Positions 40,007 to 49,426 of a stretch of DNA of 64,000 bases are shown in pieces. The DNA lies in NCBI GenBank assembly GCA_947478395.1, contig CANJVR010000002.1:160001-224000 (forward strand), given 5' to 3'. The DNA is from Opitutia bacterium. GTDB taxonomy: Bacteria > Verrucomicrobiota > Verrucomicrobiia > Opitutales > Opitutaceae. The translations under genes were made by a program, and so were the position numbers. Below the pieces are notes generated by a model, which was not told the DNA's origin, did not search any database, and saw nothing but the letters and a program-made list of their open reading frames with translations. Every line of letters begins with the position of its first letter. Positions within the stretch are counted from its first letter, which is position 1.

Positions 40007-41266
40007 GTGAATGAAAACAAGCCGGCTTGGCCTGTGGCATCCCTGGCGGTGCTGACCGGGCTTAACCTGCTCGACTATCTCGACCGTCAGCTGCTGGCCG
40101 CGGTGCTGCCGCCGCTTCAGGCCGAGTTGCACGTGGGCGATGAACAGGCCGGCAATATCGGGACGGCGTTCATGCTGGGATATTTTCTGACCTCGCCGAT
40201 TTTTGGCTACCTCGGCGATCGCATGCCACGGCGCTGGCTGATCGCCGCCGGTGTTTTTGTCTGGAGTCTGGGCACGTTGCTCTCCGGTCATGCCAACGCC
40301 TATGTCGCGTTGATTTTTTTTCGCACGCTCGTCGGTTTTGGTGAGGCCAGTTTCGGGACCATCAGTCCGGGTTGGATCGCGGATTTGTTTCCGCCCGCCC
40401 GTCGGAACGTGGCGTTGTCCTGGTTTTATCTGGCGATTCCAGTGGGCTCGGCGCTCGGCTACATCATTGGCGGACTGATCGCAAAACACTATGGCTGGCG
40501 CGCGGCGTTCCTGTTCGCTGGTTATCCCGGACTCTTACTCGCGTTTGTTTTGTTTTTGCTGCGCGAACCCGCGCGTGGCGGGACTGAGGTGAAAATTCCC
40601 GCGCAAGTTACGGCCGGAGGGCCCGTGGGTTGGAGGTCGTACGGGGAGCTGCTTAGGTTTCCGAGCTACCTTCTCGTCATCGCAGGCTACGTGGCGCAGA
40701 CATTTGCGATGGGCGGTTTTTCGTTTTGGGCGCCGACCTTTCTGGTTCGTGTGCACCATATGGAACTCGATGCGGCCACGGGTTTCTTCGGGCAAGCCCT
40801 CGTCATCACGGGCCTGATCGCGACGCTCGGCGGTGGCTACCTGGCGAGCGCGTGGCAGCGGCGCACCGGCACGGGCTATGCCTGGGTCCTCGCGCTCAGT
40901 GCGATTCTGTCCATCCCGGCGGCATTCGCCGCGTTCATGTTTCAGGATCTGGTGCTAGCCAAAGGCGCGTTGGCCGCGGCAATGTTTCTGCTTTTCGTCT
41001 GCACCGGACCGTTGAACACCTTGATTCTGGAAACCGTGCCCCTGCGCTTGCGCGCGAGTGCAGTGGCCGCCTCAATTTTCTCGATCCATATGTTCGGCGA
41101 TTTGTGGTCGCCGAAATTCGTCGGCTATCTTTCGGATCGCTGGGGTGACCTGCAACGGGCGTGTCTCTGGGCTCTGCCCGGCGCGCTGATTTTGAGCACG
41201 TTCTTTTGGTGCTGGCTAGTCGTGTGGACGAAGCGGGAAAAGGCGCGAGTAACCGTCTCAGTCTGA
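40007..41266 (+). CDS. MFS transporter (spinster-like)
   Basis: NLLDYLDRQ, G.LGDR.PRR (motif A), R.LVG.GEA; about 12 TM helices. Confidence 0.9.
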   Translation: MNENKPAWPVASLAVLTGLNLLDYLDRQLLAAVLPPLQAELHVGDEQAGNIGTAFMLGYFLTSPIFGYLGDRMPRRWLIAAGVFVWSLGTLLSGHANAYVALIFFRTLVGFGEASFGTISPGWIADLFPPARRNVALSWFYLAIPVGSALGYIIGGLIAKHYGWRAAFLFAGYPGLLLAFVLFLLREPARGGTEVKIPAQVTAGGPVGWRSYGELLRFPSYLLVIAGYVAQTFAMGGFSFWAPTFLVRVHHMELDAATGFFGQALVITGLIATLGGGYLASAWQRRTGTGYAWVLALSAILSIPAAFAAFMFQDLVLAKGALAAAMFLLFVCTGPLNTLILETVPLRLRASAVAASIFSIHMFGDLWSPKFVGYLSDRWGDLQRACLWALPGALILSTFFWCWLVVWTKREKARVTVSV

Positions 41267-42967
41267 TTTTTCCAGATCGCGCAGCACGGTCTCTACGGCG
41301 CGCAGCTGAGGAGCCGGAAAGAAGGAATTAATCCGCGTCATCACTTGCTGGATGATGCCGTCGGGGCAGCTCGCACCGCCTGTAATAAGGACGCGTTTGG
41401 GCGACTGAACGTCCGGCCACAACGCGCGTGCCTCCGTCCGGCCCGCGCCGCCGCCCACATAAACGTAGTGCTCCACGGCATCGCGCGAAATGATATTGGC
41501 CTCGCTTTGAATGAAGAAAGCCTTCGCGCCGAGCTTCTGCTCGCAGAGTCGAAAAAGCTGGTAGGTATTCGACGAATTTTTCCCGCCGATCACAAAAGCG
41601 GCATCGAGGGGCTCCGCCAGCGCTCGGCTCAACGCGTCCTGATTCACCTGCGTTGCATAGCACAAGGTATCTCTCCGGCTGGTCCCGCCGACGCGGGTGT
41701 CATCGGAAAATTTCCCGCGGTAGACGTCGCGCAGGTGTTCGATTATTTCCAGCGTCTCGTTCATCAACAGCGTGGTTTGGTTGACGACCGCGACGCGGGC
41801 GAGATCACGGCTGGCGTCGAAACCGGGCGTGTGTTTGCCGGCAAAAATTTCGTAGAAGCGCGCGCGTATCGCGGGTTCGTCACTGGCGATGATTTCACCG
41901 AGGCGGCGGGTCTCCTCGAGATTGCGCACGATCACGGCCGGCGCGTAGCGCAGCGTGTTCGAGAACGTGGCTTTCGTTTCCTCGTGCTCGCTCTTGCCGT
42001 GAATGATCACCGTGAAACCGTCGCGGCCATAAGCCCGGGCGGCTTTCCAGACTTTTTCCACCAGCATGCAGGTGGCATCGTATTGGCTGACGGCAATGCC
42101 CTTGCGGACGAGACGGCGCTTGTCGTCGTCGGTCGCGCCGAAGGCGGGGATGATCACGATGTCGTCCGGCGTGAGCGTTTCCCAGAGTTCAGCCGAGTCG
42201 GGGGTGCCGCCGATGGTGTACGGCACGCCTTTGTCGGTTTGCAAATAACGCAGGCCGCGGCGGAGGAGGTCTTCGTTGACGAATGGATTGTGGATCAATT
42301 CGGAGAGCATGAACACGCGACGGCCGGGATTTTCGGCGAGTGTTTCGTAGGCGCGTTCGATGGCGTTGCGCACGCCGAGGCAGAAACCGAAATGGCTGGG
42401 AATGACGTAACGCACCGCCCCGAAGTCGAGCGTGACGGGAGCCGTCGCGGTGCGCTCGTGCTGCCGGGCCAAGGCCTTAATCGCGGCGCAAAGTTGCGAC
42501 TGATAGAGGGCGCTCGCCTCGGCGTCTTGCGCGTAGATCGAGGTGTTGCGCTCCTTTTCCGGACGGAATTTATAGATGAAATCGTTTTCCCCCAGGTGCA
42601 GATAGGGAATCTCGATCAGGTGCGGATCCAGTTCGGTCAGCAAACCCGCCAGGGCGGGGGCGAGCCCGGAGGGATGGCTCGTGAGCTGCTCGATCGAACT
42701 AAATTCGATTTCGGCGTCCGCTGTGATCCCGCTGACTTGGGCAAAATAAACGCGGTAGTTCCGCCCGCCCGCCACGGCCGAGAAATATTCAATGGGGGGG
42801 GTGTGCGCTCGGAACGCACCGGCGAGTCGCGCGGTGGCCATTGCGAGATCAGTGCCGGTGAAGGGAAGGCCGGCCTTGGAGCCCAGTCTGCGTACCGCGA
42901 GCTGGTTGCTCGGGTTGAACGCAAGGATTGCGATGAGCGGGACGGGAGCGGCGACGGCCGGGGACAT
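41258..42967 (-). CDS. ispH: 4-hydroxy-3-methylbut-2-enyl diphosphate reductase with N-terminal extension
   Basis: Three Fe-S Cys (FGFCLGV, DATCMLV, DTLCYAT); ELIHN, HGK.EHEE, NQTT, GGKNSSNT and GASCP. Confidence 0.9.
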   Translation of the reverse strand: MSPAVAAPVPLIAILAFNPSNQLAVRRLGSKAGLPFTGTDLAMATARLAGAFRAHTPPIEYFSAVAGGRNYRVYFAQVSGITADAEIEFSSIEQLTSHPSGLAPALAGLLTELDPHLIEIPYLHLGENDFIYKFRPEKERNTSIYAQDAEASALYQSQLCAAIKALARQHERTATAPVTLDFGAVRYVIPSHFGFCLGVRNAIERAYETLAENPGRRVFMLSELIHNPFVNEDLLRRGLRYLQTDKGVPYTIGGTPDSAELWETLTPDDIVIIPAFGATDDDKRRLVRKGIAVSQYDATCMLVEKVWKAARAYGRDGFTVIIHGKSEHEETKATFSNTLRYAPAVIVRNLEETRRLGEIIASDEPAIRARFYEIFAGKHTPGFDASRDLARVAVVNQTTLLMNETLEIIEHLRDVYRGKFSDDTRVGGTSRRDTLCYATQVNQDALSRALAEPLDAAFVIGGKNSSNTYQLFRLCEQKLGAKAFFIQSEANIISRDAVEHYVYVGGGAGRTEARALWPDVQSPKRVLITGGASCPDGIIQQVMTRINSFFPAPQLRAVETVLRDLEKSD

Positions 42968-43254
42968 CCGGCCAACATGGCCCGGCCCGTTGCCGTCGGC
43001 AAGGGCGGGATGAGGTGCGGTGCGACGCCGACTTTCTTCAGCGTTTGAAGCGCGATCGAGGTCGAATCTGTTCAGGCGCTCCGTCCATGGCGCGCGCAGT
43101 CCGGCCCCGAATTCTCATAAAGCGCGCGGAAGGTCGCCAACGTTGGCAGCCGTTCACCACGGAATACCGTGTTCGGTCGGGCCGATGACGATCCTCGACT
43201 TCGCGGGCACCCTGTTCTGTGCGCGTAAAATTCAGCCGCGTGCGGCCGATTTTG

Positions 43255-43290
43255 GTAGCGGCAGGCGTCTCGGCCCTGCCGGAAACGTCG
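43255..43290 (+). repeat. GTAG-type REP-like element
   Basis: gtagcggcaggcgtctcggccctgccggaaacgtcg, near-identical to 51385-51418. Confidence 0.75.
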
Positions 43291-43342
43291 GGAGCGGCTG
43301 CCTAGTTGGTTAAACTGGTCTAGCGTGAGGCGTCCGAATGGC

Positions 43343-46054
43343 TTAACCCAGAACTTCTGCCAGCTTTGCGGTGTCTTTACCGCCGCCCATGGCGAAGTCG
43401 GGTTTGCCGCCGCCTTTGCCGCCGAGCTTCAGGCTGAGTTCCTGCACGAGCTTGCCGGCTTGATGGCCGGCTTTCACCGCGGCCGGGGAGCAGAATACGA
43501 CCACGCTGGCGCGGTCGCCGAAGGCGGCGCCAAGTTGAACCACCCCGTCGCCGAGCTTGGCCAGAATTTGCGAGCCGATGGAGCGCAGGGCTTCGGGGTC
43601 GGAGGCGGGGATGACCGCGGAAACAAATTTAAGTCCGTCGCGTACGGTGGCCTTGGCGGCGAGTTCTTCGGCGAGGCCGGCGCTGGCTTTTTGTTCGAAG
43701 GCTTTGAGCTTTTTTTCGAGCTCGGCTTTTTGCGCGAGCAGGGCCTCGAGTTTCTTATTCACGTCGAGTGGGCCGGCGGAAAGGTGCGCGCCGACGGCCG
43801 CTAGAGCGTCCTCGCGAATCTTCACGAAATCGTAGGCGGCCTGGCCGGCGACGGCTTCGATGCGACGCGTGCCGGCGGCGACGGCCATTTCGGCGACGAT
43901 CTTGATCAGACCGATTTCGGCGGTGGTGCTGACGTGCGTGCCGCCGCAGAGCTCGCGGCTGTAGCCGTTGATGTCTACGACGCGGACGAACTTGCCGTAT
44001 TTGTCGCCGAAGAAGGCGAGGGTGCCCTCGGGTTTTTTGTCGAACTCGGTCTCGTAAGTTTTCACGGGACCGTTTTCGAGCACGCGCTCGTTGACGAGGT
44101 GTTCGACCTCGCGGAGCTGGGCGTGGGTGACGGCTTCAAAATGGGAGAAATCAAAACGCATCCGCTCGGGCGTTTTCGAAGTGCCGGCCTGACGGACGTG
44201 GGTGCCGAGAATTTTCCGGAGCGCCCAGTGGATCAAATGCGCGGCGGTGTGATGGCGCGAGATCGCGCGGCGGCGGGTGGCGTCGACGGCAAGTTCGGCT
44301 TTGGCGCCGATGGTGAGAAGGGAAGACCCATCGGCGAGTTTGTGCAGATGGCGGCCGGATTTATCCTTCACCGTGTCGGTGATGTGGACGAGTTGGCCAC
44401 CGACGAGCGCGGTGCCGGTGTCGCCGGCCTGTCCGCCCATTTCAGCGTAGAAGGGCGTTTGGTCGAAAACGAGGAACGTGGCGGTTTCTGCTGCGACGAT
44501 GTCGACCAGTCGCGCGTGCGAAGTCGTTTCGGCGTAGCCGAGGAAAGTGGTCTGCGTCTGGTCGGTGGCGGCGGCGCCTTCGGTGGCGGCAACCAGGATT
44601 TCTTTTTTCTGAGCAGCGCGGCCGAGAGCGCGTTGAGCCTCCATGAGCCGGTCAAATTCGGTGGTATCGACGGTGAGGCCACGCTCGCTTGCAAGCAGCT
44701 GCGTCATGTCGAGAGGGAAGCCGTAGGTATCGTAGAGTTCGAAGGCGACCGTACCTGGAATTATGCGAGCGCTGGATTGGGAGGAATGGGTCTCGTGTGA
44801 ACGATGAAATACGGCAAGCCCCCGATCGAGCGTCCGCCCGAAGCTATCCTCCTCGCTGCGAATCACACGGCGGATGATGTCCTGGCGTTCTTTCAGTTCG
44901 GGGAAAACGTTGCCCAGCGATTCGACGACGGGGCCGACGAGTTGCTCGAAGAAGCCGGTCTGCAGTCCCAGTTTTTTGCCGTACAGAATTCCGCGGCGCA
45001 GAATGCGGCGGATGACGTAATTGCGGCCGTCGTTACCCGGCATGATGCCGTCGGCGATGGCGCAACTGATCGTGCGGGCGTGGTCGGCGAGGACGCGGAA
45101 GGCGATGTCGGTGTTTTCCTGTTCGCTCAGGCCCTCGCGTTTCGTGGGGACGGTGCGCGTGTAGGTCTTGCCGGAGAGTGCGGTGATCTTCGCGAAGAGC
45201 GGCGCAAAGACGTCGGCTTCGTAATTCGACGGCTCGGCGGTGAAATCCTTGAAACTTTTCGTCGTGGCGTGAATGCCGGCGACGCGCTCGAAGCCCATGC
45301 CGGTGTCGACGTGTTTGGCGGCGAGGGGGGAGAAGGTGCCGTCGGCGTTCGCGTTGAATTGAATGAAGACGTGATTCCAAATCTCGATGCAGCGCGGGCT
45401 GGACGAGTTCACCCCTTTGCGTCCCTCGGCTTCGTCGTCGCTGGGCAGAAGGTTGAAATGAATTTCCGAGCACGGGCCGCAGGGACCGGTGTCGCCCATC
45501 ATCCAGAAATTATCCTTCTTGTTGCCGTAGACGATGTGGATGGCGGGATCGAGGCCCTCCTTTTTGAAAATGCCGGCCCAGATGTCGTAGGCTTCCTGGT
45601 CGAATTCCGCGGGATCGCCTTTTTCTTTATTGGGCGAATAGACCGTCGCGTACAAACGCTTCGCCGGAATGCCCCAGACTTTGGTGAGCAACTCCCAGCC
45701 CCAGGTGAGCGACTCTTTTTTGAAGTAGTCGCCGAAGGACCAGTTGCCGAGCATCTCGAAGAGCGTGTGGTGGTAGGTGTCGTAGCCGACGTCCTCGAGG
45801 TCGTTGTGTTTGCCGCCGGCCCGGATGCATTTCTGGGTGTCGGCGGCGCGGGTGTCTTTGGCTGGTTTGACGCCGGCCCATTTCGAAACGTCGGGGGCGC
45901 GATCACCGAGGAAAATGGGAACGAACTGATTCATCCCTGCGTTGGTGAACAGCAAGCCAGGGGAATCGGGGAGGAGCGACGACGACGGGACGATCGTGTG
46001 GCCTTGGCGGGCAAAGAAATCGAGGAAGCTCTGGCGAATTTCGGCGGAGGTCAT
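43343..46054 (-). CDS. alaS: Alanine--tRNA ligase
   Basis: LFTNAGMNQF, QKCIRAGGKHNDL, GPCGPCSEI, DTGMGFER, HTAAH and ELCGGTH (editing domain), GGGKPDFAMGGG. Confidence 0.97.
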   Translation of the reverse strand: MTSAEIRQSFLDFFARQGHTIVPSSSLLPDSPGLLFTNAGMNQFVPIFLGDRAPDVSKWAGVKPAKDTRAADTQKCIRAGGKHNDLEDVGYDTYHHTLFEMLGNWSFGDYFKKESLTWGWELLTKVWGIPAKRLYATVYSPNKEKGDPAEFDQEAYDIWAGIFKKEGLDPAIHIVYGNKKDNFWMMGDTGPCGPCSEIHFNLLPSDDEAEGRKGVNSSSPRCIEIWNHVFIQFNANADGTFSPLAAKHVDTGMGFERVAGIHATTKSFKDFTAEPSNYEADVFAPLFAKITALSGKTYTRTVPTKREGLSEQENTDIAFRVLADHARTISCAIADGIMPGNDGRNYVIRRILRRGILYGKKLGLQTGFFEQLVGPVVESLGNVFPELKERQDIIRRVIRSEEDSFGRTLDRGLAVFHRSHETHSSQSSARIIPGTVAFELYDTYGFPLDMTQLLASERGLTVDTTEFDRLMEAQRALGRAAQKKEILVAATEGAAATDQTQTTFLGYAETTSHARLVDIVAAETATFLVFDQTPFYAEMGGQAGDTGTALVGGQLVHITDTVKDKSGRHLHKLADGSSLLTIGAKAELAVDATRRRAISRHHTAAHLIHWALRKILGTHVRQAGTSKTPERMRFDFSHFEAVTHAQLREVEHLVNERVLENGPVKTYETEFDKKPEGTLAFFGDKYGKFVRVVDINGYSRELCGGTHVSTTAEIGLIKIVAEMAVAAGTRRIEAVAGQAAYDFVKIREDALAAVGAHLSAGPLDVNKKLEALLAQKAELEKKLKAFEQKASAGLAEELAAKATVRDGLKFVSAVIPASDPEALRSIGSQILAKLGDGVVQLGAAFGDRASVVVFCSPAAVKAGHQAGKLVQELSLKLGGKGGGKPDFAMGGGKDTAKLAEVLG

Positions 46055-46403
46055 GTCGGTGTCGTGGAGGCGAGAAGTCAGCCGTGGGCGTAGAGACTGG
46101 CAAGATGGGAATTGGGCTCCGATCGCAGGTGCTGCGCGACGCAGCGATTGGCCTTGGGGGTTGGGGTCGGGGGCGTCATTGGCGACGCGGTGCGCCAGGT
46201 TTTACGGACTAACGTCGCGAGCGCTTGAAGAAACCGAAACGTGGGCGTCGCGCTGGGAACGGGTGTTGCGTTCGAAATAAAAAGTCCGGCCGCGGTATTG
46301 GGATTCCTGCCGTATCGCGGCCGGACGAGCTTGGGTTTTTTTACCGATGGAGCCGGCGATTTTCTCGCTGACTCGGGCGGGCCGGGCGCCAGCGTGGGCG
46401 GTG

Positions 46404-49118
46404 ATGCCTGATTTGCTCACCCTGCACGCCATCGGTCGCCTTCCCGCACCGACCGACAATGTTGCGATCGCGATCCGCCAGCTCGAACCGGGCACGACCC
46501 TGTTGCTCGATGGCGCGCCTCGCGTGCTGAAGCACACCGTGCTCGAGGGGCATCGCTTTGCTGTGCGGCCGATCGCGCCCGGTGAACCTTTGCTATCGTG
46601 GGGTCTGCTTTTCGGGCACGCGCTCACCGCAATCGGGCCGGGTGATTATGTGTGCAACCGCTCCATGCTCGAGGCGCTGGCCGTGCGGCGGCTCGGCATC
46701 ACGCTGCCTACGGAGCCGAATTTTTCTGACCATCTTGTTCCGTTCGACTTGGACGAAAAAGCGTTCAAGCCCGGCCTGCCCGTTGAAAGGTCGACGCAGT
46801 TACGCACGTTTGCGGGATATCGGCGGCCGGGGAAACGCGGCGTCGGTACGCGCAATACGATCGTGATTCTTGGTACGACGTCGCGCACCGCGAGTTTTGC
46901 CCGTCAGCTGGCGGCGCGGCTGCAGGCGCTCGCACGCATTTATCCGTCGCTCGATGGGATCGTTGCCGTTGCGCACACCGAGGGCGGCGGGACGGAGGAG
47001 CCGAATAATGCGAGGGAAGTGCTGCGCGCGCTCGCTGGCTTCATGGTGCATCCGAACGTCGGCGCGGTGCTCGCCGTCGACTACGGGGTCGAGCCAATTA
47101 CCAACGCGCGTTTGCGCGAATTCATGGTGGCGGGCGGCTATCCGCTCGCCGATCTGCCGCATGCGTTTCTCAGCATTCGTGCCGGGTTGGCGGCCGCGCT
47201 CGCGGAGGGAGAAGCGCAGGTGCGGCGCTGGCTGCCGGTGATCGCGGCCCAGACGCGCACGCCAGAGCCGTTGCGGGAGCTGCGCGTGGCTTTGCAATGC
47301 GGCGGGTCCGACGCGTTTTCCGGCGTCTCGGGCAATCCGCTCGCAGGCGCGATGGTGCACGAAGTCGTGCGGCATGGCGGCATCGGCGTGTTGTGCGAGA
47401 CCGACGAAATCGCCGGCGCGGAGGCCTACATCATGAAGAACGTGCGTGATCTCCCGACCGCGCGCGCCTTGCTTGGGAAAATCGATGCCTTTCGCACCCG
47501 GCTGTCGTGGCACGGCGTGACACCCGAGAGCAATCCCTCGGCCGGTAACAAGCTCCGCGGCCTCTACAACATCGCGCTCAAATCTCTCGGCGCGGTGCAC
47601 AAAAAAGATCCGCGCACGCCCGTGGAACACGTGATCGATTACGCGGAGCCGCTGGATGCGCCGGGCTTTTATTTCATGAACAGCCCCGGCAACGATCTGG
47701 AAGGCATCGCCGGCCAGGTGGGCTCGGGGTGCAACCTGTTTCTTTTCGTCACCGGCAACGGATCGATCACGAATTTCCCGTTTGTCCCGACGCTCAAAAT
47801 CACCACGACAACCCGCCGGCACCAGCTCCTGATTCATGAGATGGACATCAATGCCGGGCGTTATCTTGACGGCGAACCGATGGAGGCGCTCACCGCGGAA
47901 GCCGTGGATCTTTTGATTGCCACGGCGTCCGGTCAGAAAACGCGGGGCGAACATGCAGGGCATTCGCAGGCTTCGCTTTGGCGCAACTGGCAGCAGACTG
48001 ACACGTCGCGCCTCGCCGAAATTCGTGCGCGGGTCGCGCCGGATGGCCGTCCGCTTGAGATTCCCGGCGAAACGCCGGGGCTGGATCCGGTTGAGGTTAA
48101 CGCCCTCCAGCTGTTACAGGCATCAGACCGCTGGGCCACCGAGCGGGTGGGTTTGGTGCTGCCGACCAGCATGTGCTCGGCGCAGATTGCGCGGCTCGCG
48201 GCCGAGCGCATGAACGCAAAAGGCCTGGCCCGCGCTCTTGGTTTCGATCGTTTTGTCACGCTCACGCACACGGAAGGCTGCGGCTTTGGCGGGGAGACAA
48301 TGTATCATTTGCTGCATCGCACGTATCGCGGTTACGCCACCCATCCGAATGTCGCGGCCGCTTTGCTGCTGGAGCATGGCTGTGAAAAAATTCCGAACGA
48401 CGCGATGCGCCGGCAATTCGAGGCGGCGGGTTTGCCGCTCGACCGTTTTGGCTGGGCCAGTGTGCAGCTCGATGGCGGCATCGACAACGCCCTCGGCAAA
48501 ATCGAGACGTGGTTCGGACGGGCGGGGGCCGCCTTGCCGCCGGCCCCGAGGTTGCCGGCCGATCTGGGCGCGCTCACGCTTGGCTTGCTCAGCGTTGCGC
48601 CGGTCGGAAAGAGCGGCGCGCGGGTGATGGCGCGGGTAGCGCGAGCGATGCTGCACGCCGGCGGTTCGGTGCTGTTGCCCGAGAGCGATCCGTTGCTGGC
48701 TGACGTGGATTTTCGCGCCGCGGTGTTGGGCAAGATCGCGCCGCGCGCAACCCTCGCGTACGGCCAGCCGTTCACCGCGCCGGGTTTGCACGTCGTTGCA
48801 ACCGACTCCGATCACTGGGTGGAAAACCTGGCCGGCCTTGGTGGTTGCGGGGCGCACGCTTTTCTCGGGCTGGTCGCTGACACACCGCAGCAAGGTCATC
48901 CGATGCTGCCGGTGTTACAGGTGGCCGACAGCGGCGTGTTGCCGGCTTCGGCCGCGCAGGACGTCGACGCGCTCCTGACCGGCGATGTGGCGGCCGACGC
49001 GGCAAAATTGCTGGGCTTGCTCGGTGCGACCGTGCAGGGAGAAAAAATACCGGCGGCCAACGCCGGTGGCTTCGTCGATTTCCAACTCGCCCGCGGCTTG
49101 CTCGGGGTTTCGACCTGA
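46404..49118 (+). CDS. UxaA/GarD family (altronate/galactarate dehydratase-like) protein with internal duplication
   Basis: SAF domain (DNVAIA, GHRFA), GY.R..GVGTRN, HPNVG, QCGGSD.FSG..GNP, NPS.GN..RGL..I..KSLGA and SPGND; second partial copy from ~48130. Confidence 0.85.
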   Translation: MPDLLTLHAIGRLPAPTDNVAIAIRQLEPGTTLLLDGAPRVLKHTVLEGHRFAVRPIAPGEPLLSWGLLFGHALTAIGPGDYVCNRSMLEALAVRRLGITLPTEPNFSDHLVPFDLDEKAFKPGLPVERSTQLRTFAGYRRPGKRGVGTRNTIVILGTTSRTASFARQLAARLQALARIYPSLDGIVAVAHTEGGGTEEPNNAREVLRALAGFMVHPNVGAVLAVDYGVEPITNARLREFMVAGGYPLADLPHAFLSIRAGLAAALAEGEAQVRRWLPVIAAQTRTPEPLRELRVALQCGGSDAFSGVSGNPLAGAMVHEVVRHGGIGVLCETDEIAGAEAYIMKNVRDLPTARALLGKIDAFRTRLSWHGVTPESNPSAGNKLRGLYNIALKSLGAVHKKDPRTPVEHVIDYAEPLDAPGFYFMNSPGNDLEGIAGQVGSGCNLFLFVTGNGSITNFPFVPTLKITTTTRRHQLLIHEMDINAGRYLDGEPMEALTAEAVDLLIATASGQKTRGEHAGHSQASLWRNWQQTDTSRLAEIRARVAPDGRPLEIPGETPGLDPVEVNALQLLQASDRWATERVGLVLPTSMCSAQIARLAAERMNAKGLARALGFDRFVTLTHTEGCGFGGETMYHLLHRTYRGYATHPNVAAALLLEHGCEKIPNDAMRRQFEAAGLPLDRFGWASVQLDGGIDNALGKIETWFGRAGAALPPAPRLPADLGALTLGLLSVAPVGKSGARVMARVARAMLHAGGSVLLPESDPLLADVDFRAAVLGKIAPRATLAYGQPFTAPGLHVVATDSDHWVENLAGLGGCGAHAFLGLVADTPQQGHPMLPVLQVADSGVLPASAAQDVDALLTGDVAADAAKLLGLLGATVQGEKIPAANAGGFVDFQLARGLLGVST

Positions 49119-49189
49119 CCGGAGCGGTTTTCTGAAGGGTAGGGCGCGTTATTCTTCGAGCGGTTTAATTTTTTCGGTGGCCGTTTTTT

Positions 49190-49327
49190 GTCGCGGCAGG
49201 CGTCGCTGCCTGACGCGACGTCGATAGCCACTACGCTTTTTTTTAACCACTCGAGCGCGCGGGTTCGGCACCGCGGAAGAACCGACTGTCGGTCGGCTTT
49301 CGGGACCCGACCAACGGTCGGGTCCAC
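49190..49327. repeat. Cluster of REP-like hairpins
   Basis: gtcgcggcaggcgtcgctgcctgacgcgac (49190-49219) and perfect ggacccgacc-aac-ggtcgggtcc (49303-49325). Confidence 0.65.
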
Positions 49328-49426
49328 AGCTTAATTGTGAGTCGCGGCGACAGGGCTGGCCCGCCTCGGTTTCGCCCTTACGCAAACGGGCTGGCGCGCG
49401 GCGAATTCGCCGCTACTTCAAGGATC

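Noticed and set aside
41345..43048. Long alternative ORFs overlapping real genes (567 aa opposite ispH; also 44804-46093, 7018-8181, 33864-35096, 10266-11423)
   Set aside because: Antisense shadow frames expected from GC3-rich codon usage; no recognisable motifs.
42968..43254. Possible pseudogene fragment between alaS and ispH
   Set aside because: Coding-like patches on the minus strand but no identifiable homology or consistent frame.
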